From the NCBI RefSeq assembly GCF_006345805.1, contig NC_043007.1, positions 25,544,001 through 25,608,000 on the forward strand: a stretch of DNA of 64,000 bases. The letters run 5' to 3'. The notes beneath the pieces are model-generated. The model searched no databases. It saw only the letters and a program-made list of their open reading frames with translations, and was not told where the DNA came from. A program made the position numbers and the translations under genes. Source of the DNA: Octopus sinensis. Taxonomy: Eukaryota. Below are positions 23,821-37,362 of this stretch, in pieces; position 1 is the first letter of the stretch; every line of letters begins with the position of its first letter.

Positions 23821-24200
23821 TTTATATGCATATACATACACGCACACAGCCACGCACACATATGCATATACATACATGTACACAGTCACGCACACATATG
23901 CATATACATAAATACATGTATGCTACTTATACTAGCGATCTGGTAACACACACACACACACACATACATTTATATGCATATACATACACGCACACAGCCA
24001 CGCACACATATGCATATACATACATACATGTATGCTACTTATACCAGCGATCTGGTATCACACACACACACACACATTTATATGCATATACATACACGCA
24101 CACAGTCACATACACATATACATACACGCACACAGTCACATACACATATGCATATACATACATACATACATGCATGTATGCTACTTATACCAGCGAAATA
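23406..24200. repeat. Minisatellite with 29-nt core tgtatgctacttataccagcgatctggta x5; S5 copy inserted at 23472-23706 (+)
   Basis: Cores at 23406, 23757, 23917, 24029 and 24175 (last one truncated), with CA/TA spacers. Confidence 0.9.
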
Positions 24201-24298
24201 AAGTTTGTATGTGTACATAAATATCTGTGTGTTGTTGTTGTTGTTGTTGTTGTTGTTGTGGTGGTGGTGGTGGTTTTGGTGGTGGCAGTGGTTATGTT

Positions 24299-24333
<35 letters not shown>

Positions 24334-24709
24334 AACACACTCACCCCCTCCACAGAGAGCTTTTTTCCCCTTAACATGTGTAGGATAGCTTCCCTATCAA
24401 ATTTTCTTTTTGGTGGTGGTTATGGTGGTGGGGTGAAATATTTGCAGCATATATTTTTACAGCTGGATACCCTTAATATTAAACGGGTGACCACTCAGCC
24501 GTAAAATAGGTGTGGTGCCTGCCTGTCTCCCATAAAATTACCACAAGCATTGATTTCCACTCTCAGTCCAAACAATGTATGCTCAGGCTTCCCCCGATAT
24601 ACAAAACAAGATCTGCATCTCACTGGATCTCTCTCCAATCACACCCAACTATCTTCACGAGAAAGGGCATATTTGAGACGGTATGTGCATACTAATATAC
24701 ATACATCAT

Positions 24710-25107
24710 ATTCTTTATTCTTCTACTTGTTTCAGTCATTAGACTGTGGCCATGCTGGGGCAGCACCTTGAAGGATTTTTTGTCAAATGAATCGATCCCT
24801 GTACTTATTTTTTTCTTTTATGCCTGGTGCTTATTCTATTGGTTTCGTTTGCCAAAAAAAAAAATAATGTAAACACACCAACACTGGATGTCAAGTGGTG
24901 GTGAGGGACAAACACAAAGATACACACACACATACGTGCACACACACACACACATTAGTTTTCTTTCACTTTCCATCTGCCAAATCCACTCACAAGACCT
25001 TGCTCAGCCCGAAGCTATAGTAGAAGACACTTGACTAAGGTGCTGTGTAGTGGGACTGAACCTGGAACCATGTGGTTGGGAAGCAAGCTTCTTACCACAC
25101 AACCACT
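24710..25107 (-). mobile_element. S1 SINE, older copy
   Basis: Degenerate match. Confidence 0.7.
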
Positions 25108-25502
25108 ACTAATATGGTATGTTCTCAGCTATAAAAACTTAAAGAGACTGAGATTGTTCACTGCACAAACACACACACACACACACACACACACGCGTGC
25201 GCAGACCACACAGGTGCACGCACATACACACACACAGGTGCATACATACACAGATGCACACATACATATGTACTATATGGAAAATAGGTGTTGATGAATG
25301 AATGCCTTGTGAAAACTGTACAAGCCTTATACAAAGATGCAATAAGTAAAGTGAGAGTCAACAACAACCTGAGTTAGGAATTTAGCATGAGTGTTGGTTG
25401 GAGTCTATCAGGGCTCAGCCCTCAATCCCCTTCTCTTCCTCGTAGTCTGATTGGCCATCACAAGAGTTTAAGACTGGTTGTTCATGAAAATTCTCCTATA
25501 TG

Positions 25503-25923
25503 CTCTTTACTCTTTTACTCTTTTACTTGTTTCAGTCATTTGACTGCGGCCATGCTGGAGCACCGCCTTTAATCGAGCAACTCGACCAGGGACTTATTCT
25601 TTTGTAAGCCCAGTACTTATTCTATCGGTTTCTTTTGCCGAATCGCTAAGTAATGGGGACATAAACACACCAGCATCGGTTGTCAAGCATGCTAGGGGGA
25701 ACAACACAGATGCACAAACACACACACCACATATAATATATATATCATATACATATACACGACGGGCTTCTTTCAGTTTCCGTCTACCAAATCCACTCAC
25801 AAGGCTTTGGTTGGCCCGAGACTATAGTAGAAGACACTTGCCCAAGGTGCCATGCAGTGGGACTGAACCCGGAACCATGTGGTTGGTAAACAAGCTACTT
25901 ACCACACAGCCACTCCTGCGCCT
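25503..25923 (-). mobile_element. S1 SINE, full length
   Basis: Complete family match. Confidence 0.88.
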
Positions 25924-27815
25924 AATGATATAATTTTCATAGCTGGATCTAATGGGAAATTAAAGAGGAAATCTCAGGCATGGAAGCTACACCTAGAAGT
26001 GAGAGGTCATAAGGTAAACTTAACAGTACTACAATTAATAGTTGCACTCTATTTCAGTATTGAGTGCTTTTCCTCAAGCTTACAAACTCAAATGTGTTAC
26101 TGTGTGTACATATGTAATGTGTGTGTGTATATATGATGAGACTCCCTTGAGTCATGACTGACCATGAGATTGCACCTAGAAAGTTATCCTCCCAGGCACA
26201 GGTCTGGGCAAGGTTGTTTATAGAAGACCAGAAGTCGTCCATGCAAACCAGCCTCCCCTCTCCATGTCACTGATGTTATCCAAGGGAAAGGCAAAGGGGC
26301 CGATACAGCTTGGCACCTGTGACGTTGCAACTCATTTCTGCAGCTGAATGAACTGGAGCAACGTGAAATAAAGTATCTTGCTCAAGAACACAACACACAG
26401 CTCGGTCTGAGATTCGAACTCACAACCTCACGGTCATAAGCTCGACACACTTACCACTGAGCCATGTGCCTTCACGTGTGTGTGTGTGTGTATATATATA
26501 GATAGATAGATAGATAGATAGATAGAAAACAGTATCAGGAATCTAGAGAGGTGTGAAGAATTTGATACAAGAATGTAGAGTAGATTACATATGTATATAT
26601 GATATGCATGTGTATATGTTTGTATACACCCTCTCTACCCTCTCAGATTTACCCCACCCCCTTGTTAGTCGAGAGGGCTTTCCCCTTACCCCACTTTTTT
26701 TTTACATTTTCTTGTTCTTTTCCTATCTTGCAAGTTATTTGGCAGCCCCGCTCATACCAGTGGCATATACATATATATATATATCTATATACATATACAC
26801 GACGGGCTTCTTTCAGTTTCCGTCTACCAAATCCACTCACAAGGCTTTGGTTGGCCGAGGACTATAGTAGAAGACACTTGCCCAAGGTGCCATGCAGTGG
26901 ACTGAACCCGGAACCATGTGGTTGTAAACAAGCTACTTACCACACACAGCCACTCCTGCGCCTAATGATATAATTTTCATAGCTGGATCTATGGGAAATT
27001 AAAGAGGAAATCTCAGGCATGGAAGCTACACCTAGAAGTGAGAGGTCATAAGGTAAACTTAACAGTACTACAATTAATAGTTGCACTCTATTTCAGTATT
27101 GAGTGCTTTTCCTCAAGCTTACAAACTCAAATGTGTTACTGTGTGTACATATGTATGTGTGTGTGTGTATATATGATGAGACCCCCTGAGTCATGACTGA
27201 CCATGAGATTGCCCTAGAAAGTTATCCTCCCAGGCACAGGTCGGGCAAGGTTTTTATAGAAGACCAGAAGTCGTCCAGGGCAACCAGCCTCCCCTCTCCA
27301 TGTCACTGATGTTATCCAAGGGAAAGCAAAGGGGCCGATACAGCTTGGCACCTGTGACGTTGCAACTCATTTCTGCAGCTGAGTGAACTGGAGCAACGTG
27401 AAATAAAGTGTCTTGCTCAAGAACACAACACACAGCTCGGTCTGAGATTCGAACTCACAACCTCACGGTCATAAGCTCGACACACTTACCACTGAGCCAT
27501 GTGCTTCACTGTGTGTGTGTGTGTATATATATAGATAGATAGATAGATAGATAGATAGAAAACAGTATCAGGAATCTAGAGAGGTGTGAAGAATTGATAC
27601 AAGAATGTAGAGTAGATTACATATGTATATATGATATGCATGTGTATATGTTTGTATACACCCTCTCTACCCTCTCAGATTTACCCCCACCCCCTTGTTA
27701 GTCGAGAGGGCTTTCCCCTTACCCCACTTTTTTTTTACATTTTCTTGTTCTTTTCCTATCTTGCAAGTTATTTGGCAGCCCCGCTCATACCAGTGGCATA
27801 TACATATATATATAT
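25745..27815. repeat. ~1,040-bp tandem duplication (contains S1 head and S3 copies at 26140-26478 and 27175-27505, minus)
   Basis: gacgggcttc at 25761 and 26801; unique sequence repeated collinearly. Confidence 0.92.
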
Positions 27816-27833
27816 ATATGTATAATATATATA

Positions 27834-27879
<46 letters not shown>

Positions 27880-28119
27880 GCATAAAAAATAATAAAATAC
27901 GCAAATAATGAAAGCACCCCGTACAAGTGAAAAGTGGATGACATCAGTGACATTAAGAAGGACATTCAGTTGTAGAAACATGCTGAGGCTGACATGGAGC
28001 TCAGCATAGCCCTGAGCTAGTGGATCCTGTCAAACCATGCCAGCATGGAAAATGGACATTAAATGATGATGATGAGATGACGATGATTGTGTATGTGTTT
28101 GTATATATATTAATATATA

Positions 28120-28176
<57 letters not shown>

Positions 28177-28246
28177 TATATATATGTATGTATGTATCAT
28201 ATCCCTCTCTGGCTGTATATTCATTGCATGTAAATTTGTTTTGTTT

Positions 28247-28283
<37 letters not shown>

Positions 28284-29298
28284 ATGTATGTATTTGTTAA
28301 TGTCCGGCGCCTAGTGTAGTGAAATATGTGATTTACTGACATTTTATGTTATTGTGTGTTTCACAAGAACGGCAGACCCACAGCTATAAATATACACACC
28401 TATCTATCTTGGTCTGACATTTGGAAAATGGCAGGCTTAGAGCAGCGGCAACCTATTGAACTTTGTGTCAGTCATTGGGATGTGTGTGTATGTGTGTATG
28501 TGTGCATGCGTGTGTGTGTGTGTGTATGCGTGTGCATATGCATATATATGTATGTGTGTGTGTATGTATATATATGTGTGTGTGTGTATATATATGTCTG
28601 TGTGTGTATATATAAATATGTGTGTGTATGTATGTATGAGTGTGTGTGCATGTGTGTATATGTAATGTGGGGAACAGATTTTCATTCAAATATGTTTTAT
28701 TGAAAAGTTGTAAAGGAGAAGTGATTTGTATTGAAATCATGACTGACTGCGTTATAATAGCTATAGAATTAGCTGAACGTTATTGAAAAGAGGGGGAAAA
28801 AAAAGGCAAAAACAAAAGAAAATAATAATAACAACAAAACAAAAACACAACAAAAGAGGCAAAACTCATGAAAATGAACAGAAAATGCATTGCACCCACT
28901 CATAAACTGACACCAATAATATACCACAGAGGAAAAAAAAAATCAAAAGAAAACCTCACCAATATTGAAAACCTTGAATTCACTGCTCTCTCTCGTTTCT
29001 CCCAAATTCAATGCTATTGCAGGTCTTACTACAAATATGTGGCATCTCACTGCCTCTGGAAGTATTGTGTGCTACTGTCCTTGTTCGTCAAATGGTTCTC
29101 TAAGTCCTTTAATGATTTTTTTTTTCAGTTTTTTTTCCTTTCATTTACCCATTGATAATTGCCTTCTTGAGGGAATGTCAAACCCTCCAATCAGGAATTT
29201 TGAGGTTATGTCAGATTGTGCCCTACGGTTGTCGCATTGTGCCACAATTGTCTCCCACATGTGCAGGCATGGTTATGTGGTCAAGAAAGTTACTTTGC

Positions 29299-29710
29299 GG
29301 CGAGCTGGCAGAAATGTTAGCACGCAGGGCGAAATGCTTAACGGTATTTTGTCTGCCGTTATGTTCTGAGTTCAATTTCTGCTGAGGTCGACTTTGCCTT
29401 TCATCCTTTCGGAGTCGATAAATTAAATATCAGTTTCACACTGGGGTCGATGTAATCAACTTAATCCGTTTGTCTGTCCTTGTTTGTCCCCTCTATGTTT
29501 AGCCCCTTGTGGGCAATAAAAAAGTAGGTATTTCGTCTGTCGTTACGTTCTGAATTCAAATTCCGCTGAGGTCGACTTTGCCTTTCGTCCTTTCGGAGTC
29601 GATAAATTAAATACCAGTTTCGCACTGGGGTCAATGTAATCGACTTATATCCATTTGTCTGTCCTTGTTTGTCCCCTCTATGTTTAGCCCCTTGTGGGCA
29701 ATAAAGAAAT
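29299..29710 (+). mobile_element. Partially dimeric S2 SINE nested in an S1 head, 16-bp TSD
   Basis: TSD aagaaagttactttgc at 29283-29298 and 29711-29726. Confidence 0.88.
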
Positions 29711-29856
29711 AAGAAAGTTACTTTGCAACCATGTGGTTTTAGGTTTGGTCCCACTATGCAAAACCCTGCGCAAATGTCTTCTACTATAGACCCGGGACCT
29801 TGTGAGTGAATTTGGTATATAAAAGTGTATGAAAGCCTGTCGTACATGTGTGTGTG

Positions 29857-29891
<35 letters not shown>

Positions 29892-30074
29892 ACTGTTTGA
29901 CAACTGATGTTGGTTTGTTTATGTCCCTGTAGCTTAACAGATCAGCAGAAGAAACCAATAGAATAACTACAAAACTTAAAAACGTAAGTGCTGAGCTAAT
30001 CTGTTTGACTAACACTCTTTCAAGTGGTGATTCAGCATGGCCATACTCTGACACAACTATTGTGATTGTGATTG

Positions 30075-30410
30075 TCACCTCCTTCGGTCATGAATGACCA
30101 TGGAATTGCACCTAGAAAGTTACCCTCCGAGGCACAAGTCTGGGCAAGGTTGTTTTTATGGAAGACCAGCAGTCGCCCATGCATACCAGCCTCCCCTCTC
30201 CACGCCACCGATGTTATCCAAGGGAAAGGCAAAGGGGTCGATACAGCTTGGCACCTGTGACGTCGCAACTCATTTCTACAGCTGAGTGAACTGGAGCAAC
30301 GTGAAATAAAGTGTCTTGCTCAAGAACACAACACGCAGCCCGGTCCGGGATTCGAGCTCACAACCTAACGATCGTAAGCTCGATGCTCTAACCACTGAGC
30401 CATGTGCCTG
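30075..30410 (-). mobile_element. S3 SINE
   Basis: Reverse complement of 19485-19818. Confidence 0.85.
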
Positions 30411-30960
30411 ACACATCTATAAACATACACTTACAGATCGAGATTGCATAATATCATAGCAATTATTTCGAATTATCCAAATTACATTGAATGATGCATT
30501 GTGTCCATTGAATATTCATATAGAAAAGTTTTCTCTATGGAGAGATGTGTTTCTTCACTCAGTCCTTCTGACAATTGGAATTGTTTAAAAAGAAAAACAT
30601 TTCTAATTAGTAGGATAGTGGATGTTGAAAATTAGGACCATTTGCAGAACATGGAAAAATCAACTGCAGTAATTAATTATTATATTGTTAATGACTGATA
30701 GAAGTACAACTTAATCGTTACAGAACCTGCTTACTGACTCTGGGAGATCATAGAGATTCATTGCCCAGTAACAATATCCTTGTATTGTAGGTGAAGGTGT
30801 GGCTGTGTTTTTAAGAAGTTTGCTTCTCCACCATATCGTTCAGGTTCAATCCTACTTCAAGGCAATCCTACTTCAGAAACTGGCAGAAAACTGTTGTGTA
30901 TGTGTATATATATATATAAAATGTATGCATATGTGTGTATGTATATATATATATATATAT

Positions 30961-31405
30961 ATCATCATCATCATCATCATCATCATCCGTTCTCCATGCT
31001 AGCATGGATTGGACGGTTCGACCGGGGATCTGGGAAGCCAGAAGGCTGCCCCAGGCTCCGGTCTTATCTGGCAATGTTTCTACAGCTGGATGCCCTTCCT
31101 AACGCCAACCACTCCGTGAGTGTGGTGGGTGCTTTTTTACGTGCCACCTGCACTGGAGCCAGGTGATATATACATTTATGTGTGTGTGTCTGTATTTGTC
31201 TCCCACCCCCATCTCATTGCGTGACAACTGATGCTGGTGTGTTCACATCCCTGTAACTTTGTGGTTTAGCAAAGGAGACCGATAGAATAAATACCAGGCT
31301 TACAACGAATAAGCCCTGGGGTTGATTTCTTCAACTAAAAACCCTTTAAGGCAGTGCTCCAGCATGGCTGCAGTCAACTGACTGAAACGAGTCAAAAAAC
31401 TAAAA
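30961..31405. mobile_element. S5 3' end (minus, 30961-31165) abutting an S1 tail (plus, 31170-31405)
   Basis: Family motifs. Confidence 0.75.
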
Positions 31406-31721
31406 GAAAAAATATCAAATACTGTGTGGTATGTGTTTCTGGCTCAGTAGCTCTGTGTGTGTGTGTGTCTGTCTGTCTGTCTCTCTGTCTTGATGTTACG
31501 TGATTGTTGTAAATGAATTTCATTCATTTCCAATATTCTGCCTGACCTTGGGGGAAATATTACCTTGCTTGGGAGTAGGTAAAAGTTAGTAACGAGAAAG
31601 GTTAATGGCCACAGAAAATCTGCCTCAGTAAGCTCTGTCTGACCCATACTAAAATGGCAAAAGTGGACATTAAACCGATGTTGATGAGGATTATGTATTA
31701 TCAGATGTATAAAGGATACCC

Positions 31722-32113
31722 TCTTTACCCTTTCTCTTTCACCCGTTTCAGTCATCCGACTGCGGCCATGCTGGAGCACTGCCTTTAGTCGAGCAAATCG
31801 ACCCCCGAGACTTATTCTTTGTAAGCCCAGTACTTATTCTATTGGTCTCTTTTGCCGAACCGCTAAGTGACGGGGACGTAAACACACCAGCATCAGTTGT
31901 CAAGCAATGCTAGGGGGACAAACACACACATACATATATATACATATACATATATACGACAGGCTTCTTTCAGTTTCCGTCTACCAAATCCACTCACAAG
32001 GCATTGGTCGGCCCGGGGCTATAGCAGAAGACACTTGCCCAAGATGCCACGCAGTGGGACTGAACCCGGAACCATGTGGTTGGTTAGCAAGCTACTTACC
32101 ACACAACCACTCC
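31722..32113 (-). mobile_element. S1 SINE
   Basis: Full family match. Confidence 0.85.
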
Positions 32114-32329
32114 AGTTGAAGTTTTGTGAGATTCACTGTACACTTTAAGCTTTCTGCTTGCCTTTAGTCCTCATCAAATACATCTTGAATTATTCATTCG
32201 TCTTGCATCTTCAAAGTCATTAACTGTTGTGATGTTTACTACATGACCTGGGAATCTACTCCATTTACTAGTGACTCATTGAGGGTGAAAAAAAAAACCC
32301 CAGAAATTTTCTGATGTCTTTTGAGCATT

Positions 32330-34570
32330 TGTTTCTTATAAAGTGTAAATTGTAACCTCTACTTTCATTTTCATTTTTATAGAAAAGTATACTAGCATTT
32401 ATATTTCCAAGTCCTTTTATCATTTTTAAAACTTCCATTATGTCCCCTCTTTGCTTTCTCTCTCTAATTCATCTCTGTAATTCCTCGGGTTTTTACTTGT
32501 TTCTTCATAAGACAGATTTCAAAAAATTCTTAGTGGTGTTTTTGTTGCTCTCCGCTGGACCCTTTCAATAGTTTCTTTGCATTTTTGGGATGTAAGATGA
32601 CCAAACCGGTACCACAAACTCTTAAGTGGGTTAACACATATCCTTATACATAGAATCTTAAATTTTTCTGCATTTAGGTACATCAAGGAATGTTTTATTA
32701 TTCTTAAGATTTTGGTTTCTATTGTTGTTAGTCCTATGGCGTCGGCAACTATTTTAAAACTTCAATTAATGCTTATCCTTAAATCTTTCTCCTGATTTGT
32801 TGTTGCCAATATTTTTTTTTTTTGTTCATAGTTGACTAAAACCTTAAGTTACCGTTTCCATAGTGTGCAACCTCACATTTTCAGCATTGAAAAAACAAGC
32901 ACAATCTATTCCTTCAAGCACAATCTATTCAAATCTACCTCTGTATTATGGTGTCTTCATCCAGAAAAATCGTACACATCTGTATATTGTTTGTTAAATC
33001 ACTAAAGATCTTATATATGTGCATTCAAACGAAGTAAGTTTTTAGTGTCCACTTTTTGATACTCACATGATTCTGGCAGAATTTGTTGAGGCAGGTTTTC
33101 TATGGTTGGATGCTCTTCCTGCTGCCAACCCTCATTTCTTTTCATGAAAGACTGGAAACAAAGGACACCACTTGCATGATAATAGCCCTTGTCTTCAACT
33201 CTCAAGCAAAATCAAGACAAAGAAGCAGTGACGCATGTACATACATATATACACACAAACGCACATACATACACACACATATATACATAGTACAAACACA
33301 CATGTACATACATACACATACATGCACACACATGCGTACACACATACACACACACACATGATGGGCTTCTTTCAGTTAACGTCTACCAGATCCACTCACA
33401 ACAATTTTGAAGAAGACTGATGCCCAAAGTGCCACAATGAGACTAACTCAGAACCATGTAGTGGGGAAGTGAACTTCTTTACCGCATGGTCAGTCCTGTC
33501 TCTAGTATATATATATATATACATATGTACGCATGCATGCACACATGCACACATACATATAGTTCGAAATTGTACAAAATGCAAAAGACAGTGAGAGATG
33601 TGGGAGCAACAAACAAGGCATGTTAGTTTGACACTCAGGAAAAATGAAGGTGTCTTTGATGTTTTGAGTCTATGCTCCTCTAAAGAAAGAAATGAGGTAA
33701 GAAAACAGATGGAGAAAACAAAAAAAAAAGAAGGGAAGGGATAAAAAAAAAAACGTGTCAGGATTAGCAGTTGCTCATGTCATGACTTTACCTTTCATCC
33801 TTTCGGGGTCAATAAATTAAGTACCAGTTACATACTGGGGTCGATGTAATCGACTTAATCCCTTTGTCTGTCCTTGTTTGTCCCCTCTATGTTTAGCCCC
33901 TTGTAGGCAATAAAGAAATAATATATATTATATATTTACATAAATTATGGGTCCTAAAGTTTATCCCTGAGGTACCCATTACTTACAGACTGCCAATTTC
34001 ATTTTGTCCCATTAACTGTTACTCACCAATTTCTGTTTATTTAAGGAAGCTTCAATCCATATCATAACATTTCTTTACATTACAGTAATGTAATGGCACC
34101 ATTATCACTGACTTTACTGAGATTTAAATATAAACTGCATTGAATCTTTTACTATCATTGTACATTTGTGTCCAGTCTGCCAAAGTTTCAAATAAATTTA
34201 TCAGCCATAGCTTACCAGACAATGCAAATCCCTGTCGACGATCTGTCAGGTTGTTATTCTTGATAATAAAATCTATCATCTTTTCTCTTATAATAGATTC
34301 AAGTATCTTGGCTACTTTGTAACGTTAATGATATTGGACTTTAATTACTAGTCATTTTCTCTCCCCTTTCTCGTAAGTCTTATAAATTGCAGTTCTCCTG
34401 TCTAATGGGAGCTTTCCTTCTTTTTAGATGCTTGTTTGGTAATATTGTAAGTGGAAACGTTATAACACTTCTAAAAACTTCTTGGAGAACTCTGTGTATC
34501 ATCAAGAATTGCCATTTGGCTACGTGCTGGTAGTTGTAGATCAATAAGTTTGTCATTTCCTTCATTAACC
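32330..34570 (-). mobile_element. Decayed, interrupted CR1-clade LINE (RT fragments)
   Basis: Minus translations KILESIIREKMIDFIIKNNNLTDRRQGF...NLFETLADWT (about 34150-34310) and ETIERVQRRATK...LSYEE (about 32500-32580) are CR1 RT and C-terminal signatures. Confidence 0.7.
33654..33689 (-). ncRNA. Heavily decayed hammerhead-like motif of the 2844 family
   Basis: cttt-ctttaga-g-gagc atag actc-aaaa-ca-tc-aaag, in flanks homologous to 2750-2945. Confidence 0.35.
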
Positions 34571-34654
34571 AATTACTTTAGATTCATTCTAGGAGGGGAG
34601 GAGAGCAAAATCAGAAGTCTACTTGCCTTCTTTAATATATACTTACACTGATAC

Positions 34655-34921
34655 TGACCTTCGTGCCAGTGGCATGTAAAAACCACCAACCGATCGTGTC
34701 CGTTGCCAGCCTTGCCTGGCACCTGTACCGGTGGCACGTAAAAGGCACCCACTACACTCATGGAGTGGTTGGCGTCAGGAAGGGCGTCCAGCTGTAGAAA
34801 CACTGCCAGATCAGACTGGGCCTGATGCAGCCTCCTGGCTTCCCAGACCCCAGTTGAACCCTCCAACCCATGCTAGCATGGAAAGCGGACGTTAAACGAT
34901 GATGATGATGATGATGATGAT
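34655..34921 (+). mobile_element. S5 RTE-like 3' end
   Basis: (GAT)n tail. Confidence 0.8.
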
Positions 34922-36383
34922 ACCTTGCAGTATGAGTTTAATTCATTCCATAACCGAGTTCGTTTTACAAATCAATTTTCCCTATTGAAATTAACTAAAA
35001 TATAATTAATCCATTTCAGCACCCCTCCCAAAACCATCCCAAGATAATTTTTTATGGGTTTTAAAACAGAAAAGGTGTGGTTACAAGTAGAATGGCAATT
35101 ATAAAAAAGAGAATGCAAATGAAATATGTAAACCGGTTTTATTAACTGAATTACCTTAAAGATGGGACAATTTGTGTGCAAGGAAGATGATAGAGTGGGG
35201 AAGATGGGGATTACTGTTTGGATGGAGAATCTCCTTCCATTAAAACTTCAGGAAGAACAATTTCTAGCATATTCTCTCCCACTTCATTTAGGCATTTTGG
35301 ACACATTTTCTTCACTTTTTACACTTGCAGGTCATTTTCATTAGAGACGTATCAAGAGAAGTCTTCCTATTCCTGCCTTTCAAAGTGTTACGAAAATGTG
35401 CCAGAGCAGTGTTATTAAATAAAGCAACTGCATGACCTGTAGCTAGTTTTTCAGGATGATATTATTCTACAAATTCAGAAACATACTGCCACTTCACCAA
35501 TACAGCCTTTATGTCACTTGTAGTGATGGCATTCTCCACTACACTGTTCTCCTCCAGGGAACCAATCTCTTCCACCACATCCAAATGCTGCTGCTGCTCT
35601 TGGAGCTGCAGGAGTTCATCTGTCATCAGCTCCTCTGGGTGTTCCTTGACAAGATCGTTAATGTCCCCTTCATCAACCTTGTGGCCCATGGACTTGCTAA
35701 GAGACACTATCTCCTCAACTACAGGTGTCTCAAATTCAAACCTCTCAAAGTCTCTTTCAGATATGCAGTCATGTCACAGTTTCCTCTATGCAAAATTTAA
35801 TTTTCTCCTCATTATACCCTGCCAGGCTATATCGATGATCTCAGGCAGTTTACAGTGTTGTAGTGCTCCTTCCAAAACTCACAAAGGGTTAGAGTTGTAT
35901 TTTCAGTGACTTCAAAGCACCAACAAAACAGGTGTTTGATGCACAATTTCTTAAAACTAGAAATCACCTGTTGGTCCATGGGCTGCAAGATAGGGGTGGT
36001 GTTGCGTAAAAAGTACAGAACTTTTATAAATTTAAATTTGTCCAGGATATCATCTTCGAGGTTTGAAGGGTGAGCAGGAGCATTGTTGAGAATGAGGAGG
36101 GTCTTGAGAGGAAGATTGTTCTCCAGAAGGTACTTTTACACTGCTAGTCCGAAGACAAGGTCGACCCTCTTGGAAAAGAATTGCCTAGTGACCCAGGCTT
36201 TAATGATTGCTCTCCATATGACCTGTAGTTTCTCCTTTAGGATTTTGTGTGACTTGAATGCTTGTGGGTTTTTGGAATGGTAGACATGGAGCGGCTTAAT
36301 CTTCAAGTCTCCACTCACATTGGCACAAAGGGCAAGAGTTAGCCTATCTTTCATAGGCTTGTGGCCTGGCATTTTTTTCTGGC
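34921..36383 (-). mobile_element. Decayed pogo/Tigger DNA transposon (DDE_1 transposase remnants)
   Basis: 36136-36372 MPGHKPMKDRLTLALCANVSGDLKIKPLHVYHSKNPQAF and 35462-35707 VDEGDINDLVKEHPEELMTDELLQLQEQQ are Tigger-type; Tigger-like terminal sequence near 34921-35030; 5' part lost at an S1 insertion. Confidence 0.8.
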
Positions 36384-36647
36384 ATATATATATATATGAT
36401 GGGCTTCTTTCAGTTTCTGTCTCTCAATCCACAAGCTATAGTAGAAGACACTTGCCCAAGGTGGTATGCAGTGGGATTGAAACCGGCACTGTGTAGTTGG
36501 GAAGGAGGCTTCTTACCACACAGCCACTCCTGTACCTGTATGTATATATGTGCATATATTGTTGTATTTGGGGATTGTCGTGTTGCCAGTTTAGCCAATG
36601 AAAATACATGCTCTATATATTTGGTGTTCACTTGATTCAGCTTTATT

Positions 36648-36710
36648 TCATGTTAATTGCATTTCGGCCAGAGTTCTTTCATCATACTTCTGTGACCTCA
36701 TCAGTGGTCC
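36648..36710 (-). ncRNA. Hammerhead-like core at the left arm of a hairpin
   Basis: Minus strand: ggacca-CTGATGA-ggtca(22 nt)tggcc-GAAA-tgca; no convincing stem I partner. Confidence 0.45.
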
Positions 36711-36844
36711 TTTGCTTTCTTCTTTCCTTTTTGTGTCTCTCCTTACTAATGATCAGCCATTTTGTGTGGCAGATCGTTAGTAAAGAGAGACACAAAAAAC
36801 AGAAAGAAGAAAGCAAAGGACCACTGATGAGGTCACAGAAGTGT
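36684..36844. repeat. ~160-nt near-perfect inverted repeat (hairpin)
   Basis: acttctgtgacctcatcagtggtcctttgctttcttctttc...gatc pairs with gatc...gaaagaagaaagcaaaggaccactgatgaggtcacagaagt. Confidence 0.92.
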
Positions 36845-37049
36845 ATATATAAATGTAACTTGAATTCATGAAAGCTCACGATAGGATATTTTTTTTATCT
36901 ATTAATTAGTGAACTTGTATAGAAAGGATTATATAGATGACTGTTCAGCAGTACTGATTGTAACATCTTAAACTGTTTTACTATATTAATTTCCTTTACC
37001 TACGTAGGTATATGAATCAACGTGTGCATGTGTATATGTGTGTGTGTAT

Positions 37050-37362
37050 ATCACCGTGATCATTGTGACTGACCAGGCTATCAGATGTTGCTTCACATCG
37101 CTGGTCACAATACGCTTCGCATTGTTTTAGCCTTCAAATGACGCCACCCCGCTGGCTAAGCGAGCAGGCCGACAGAAGAAAGAGTGAGAGAAAGCTGTGG
37201 CGAAAGAGTGCAGCAGGGATCGCCACCAACCCCTGCTGGAGCCACATGGAGTTTTAGGTGTTTTCACTCAATAAACACTCACAACGCCCGGTCTGGGAAT
37301 CGAAACCGCGATCCTACGACCGCGAGTCCGCTGCCCTAACCACTGGGCCATTGCGCCTCCAC
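37050..37362 (-). mobile_element. S4-related SINE (same head, different 3' part)
   Basis: Reverse complement gtggaggcgcaatggcccagtggttagggcagcggactcgcgg head. Confidence 0.8.

Noticed and set aside
23406-24200. Repeat-spacer array superficially like CRISPR
   Set aside because: Spacers are related microsatellites of unequal length, there are no cas genes, and the context is eukaryotic.
35511-35909. 132-aa plus-strand ORF
   Set aside because: Antisense shadow of the decayed Tigger transposase.
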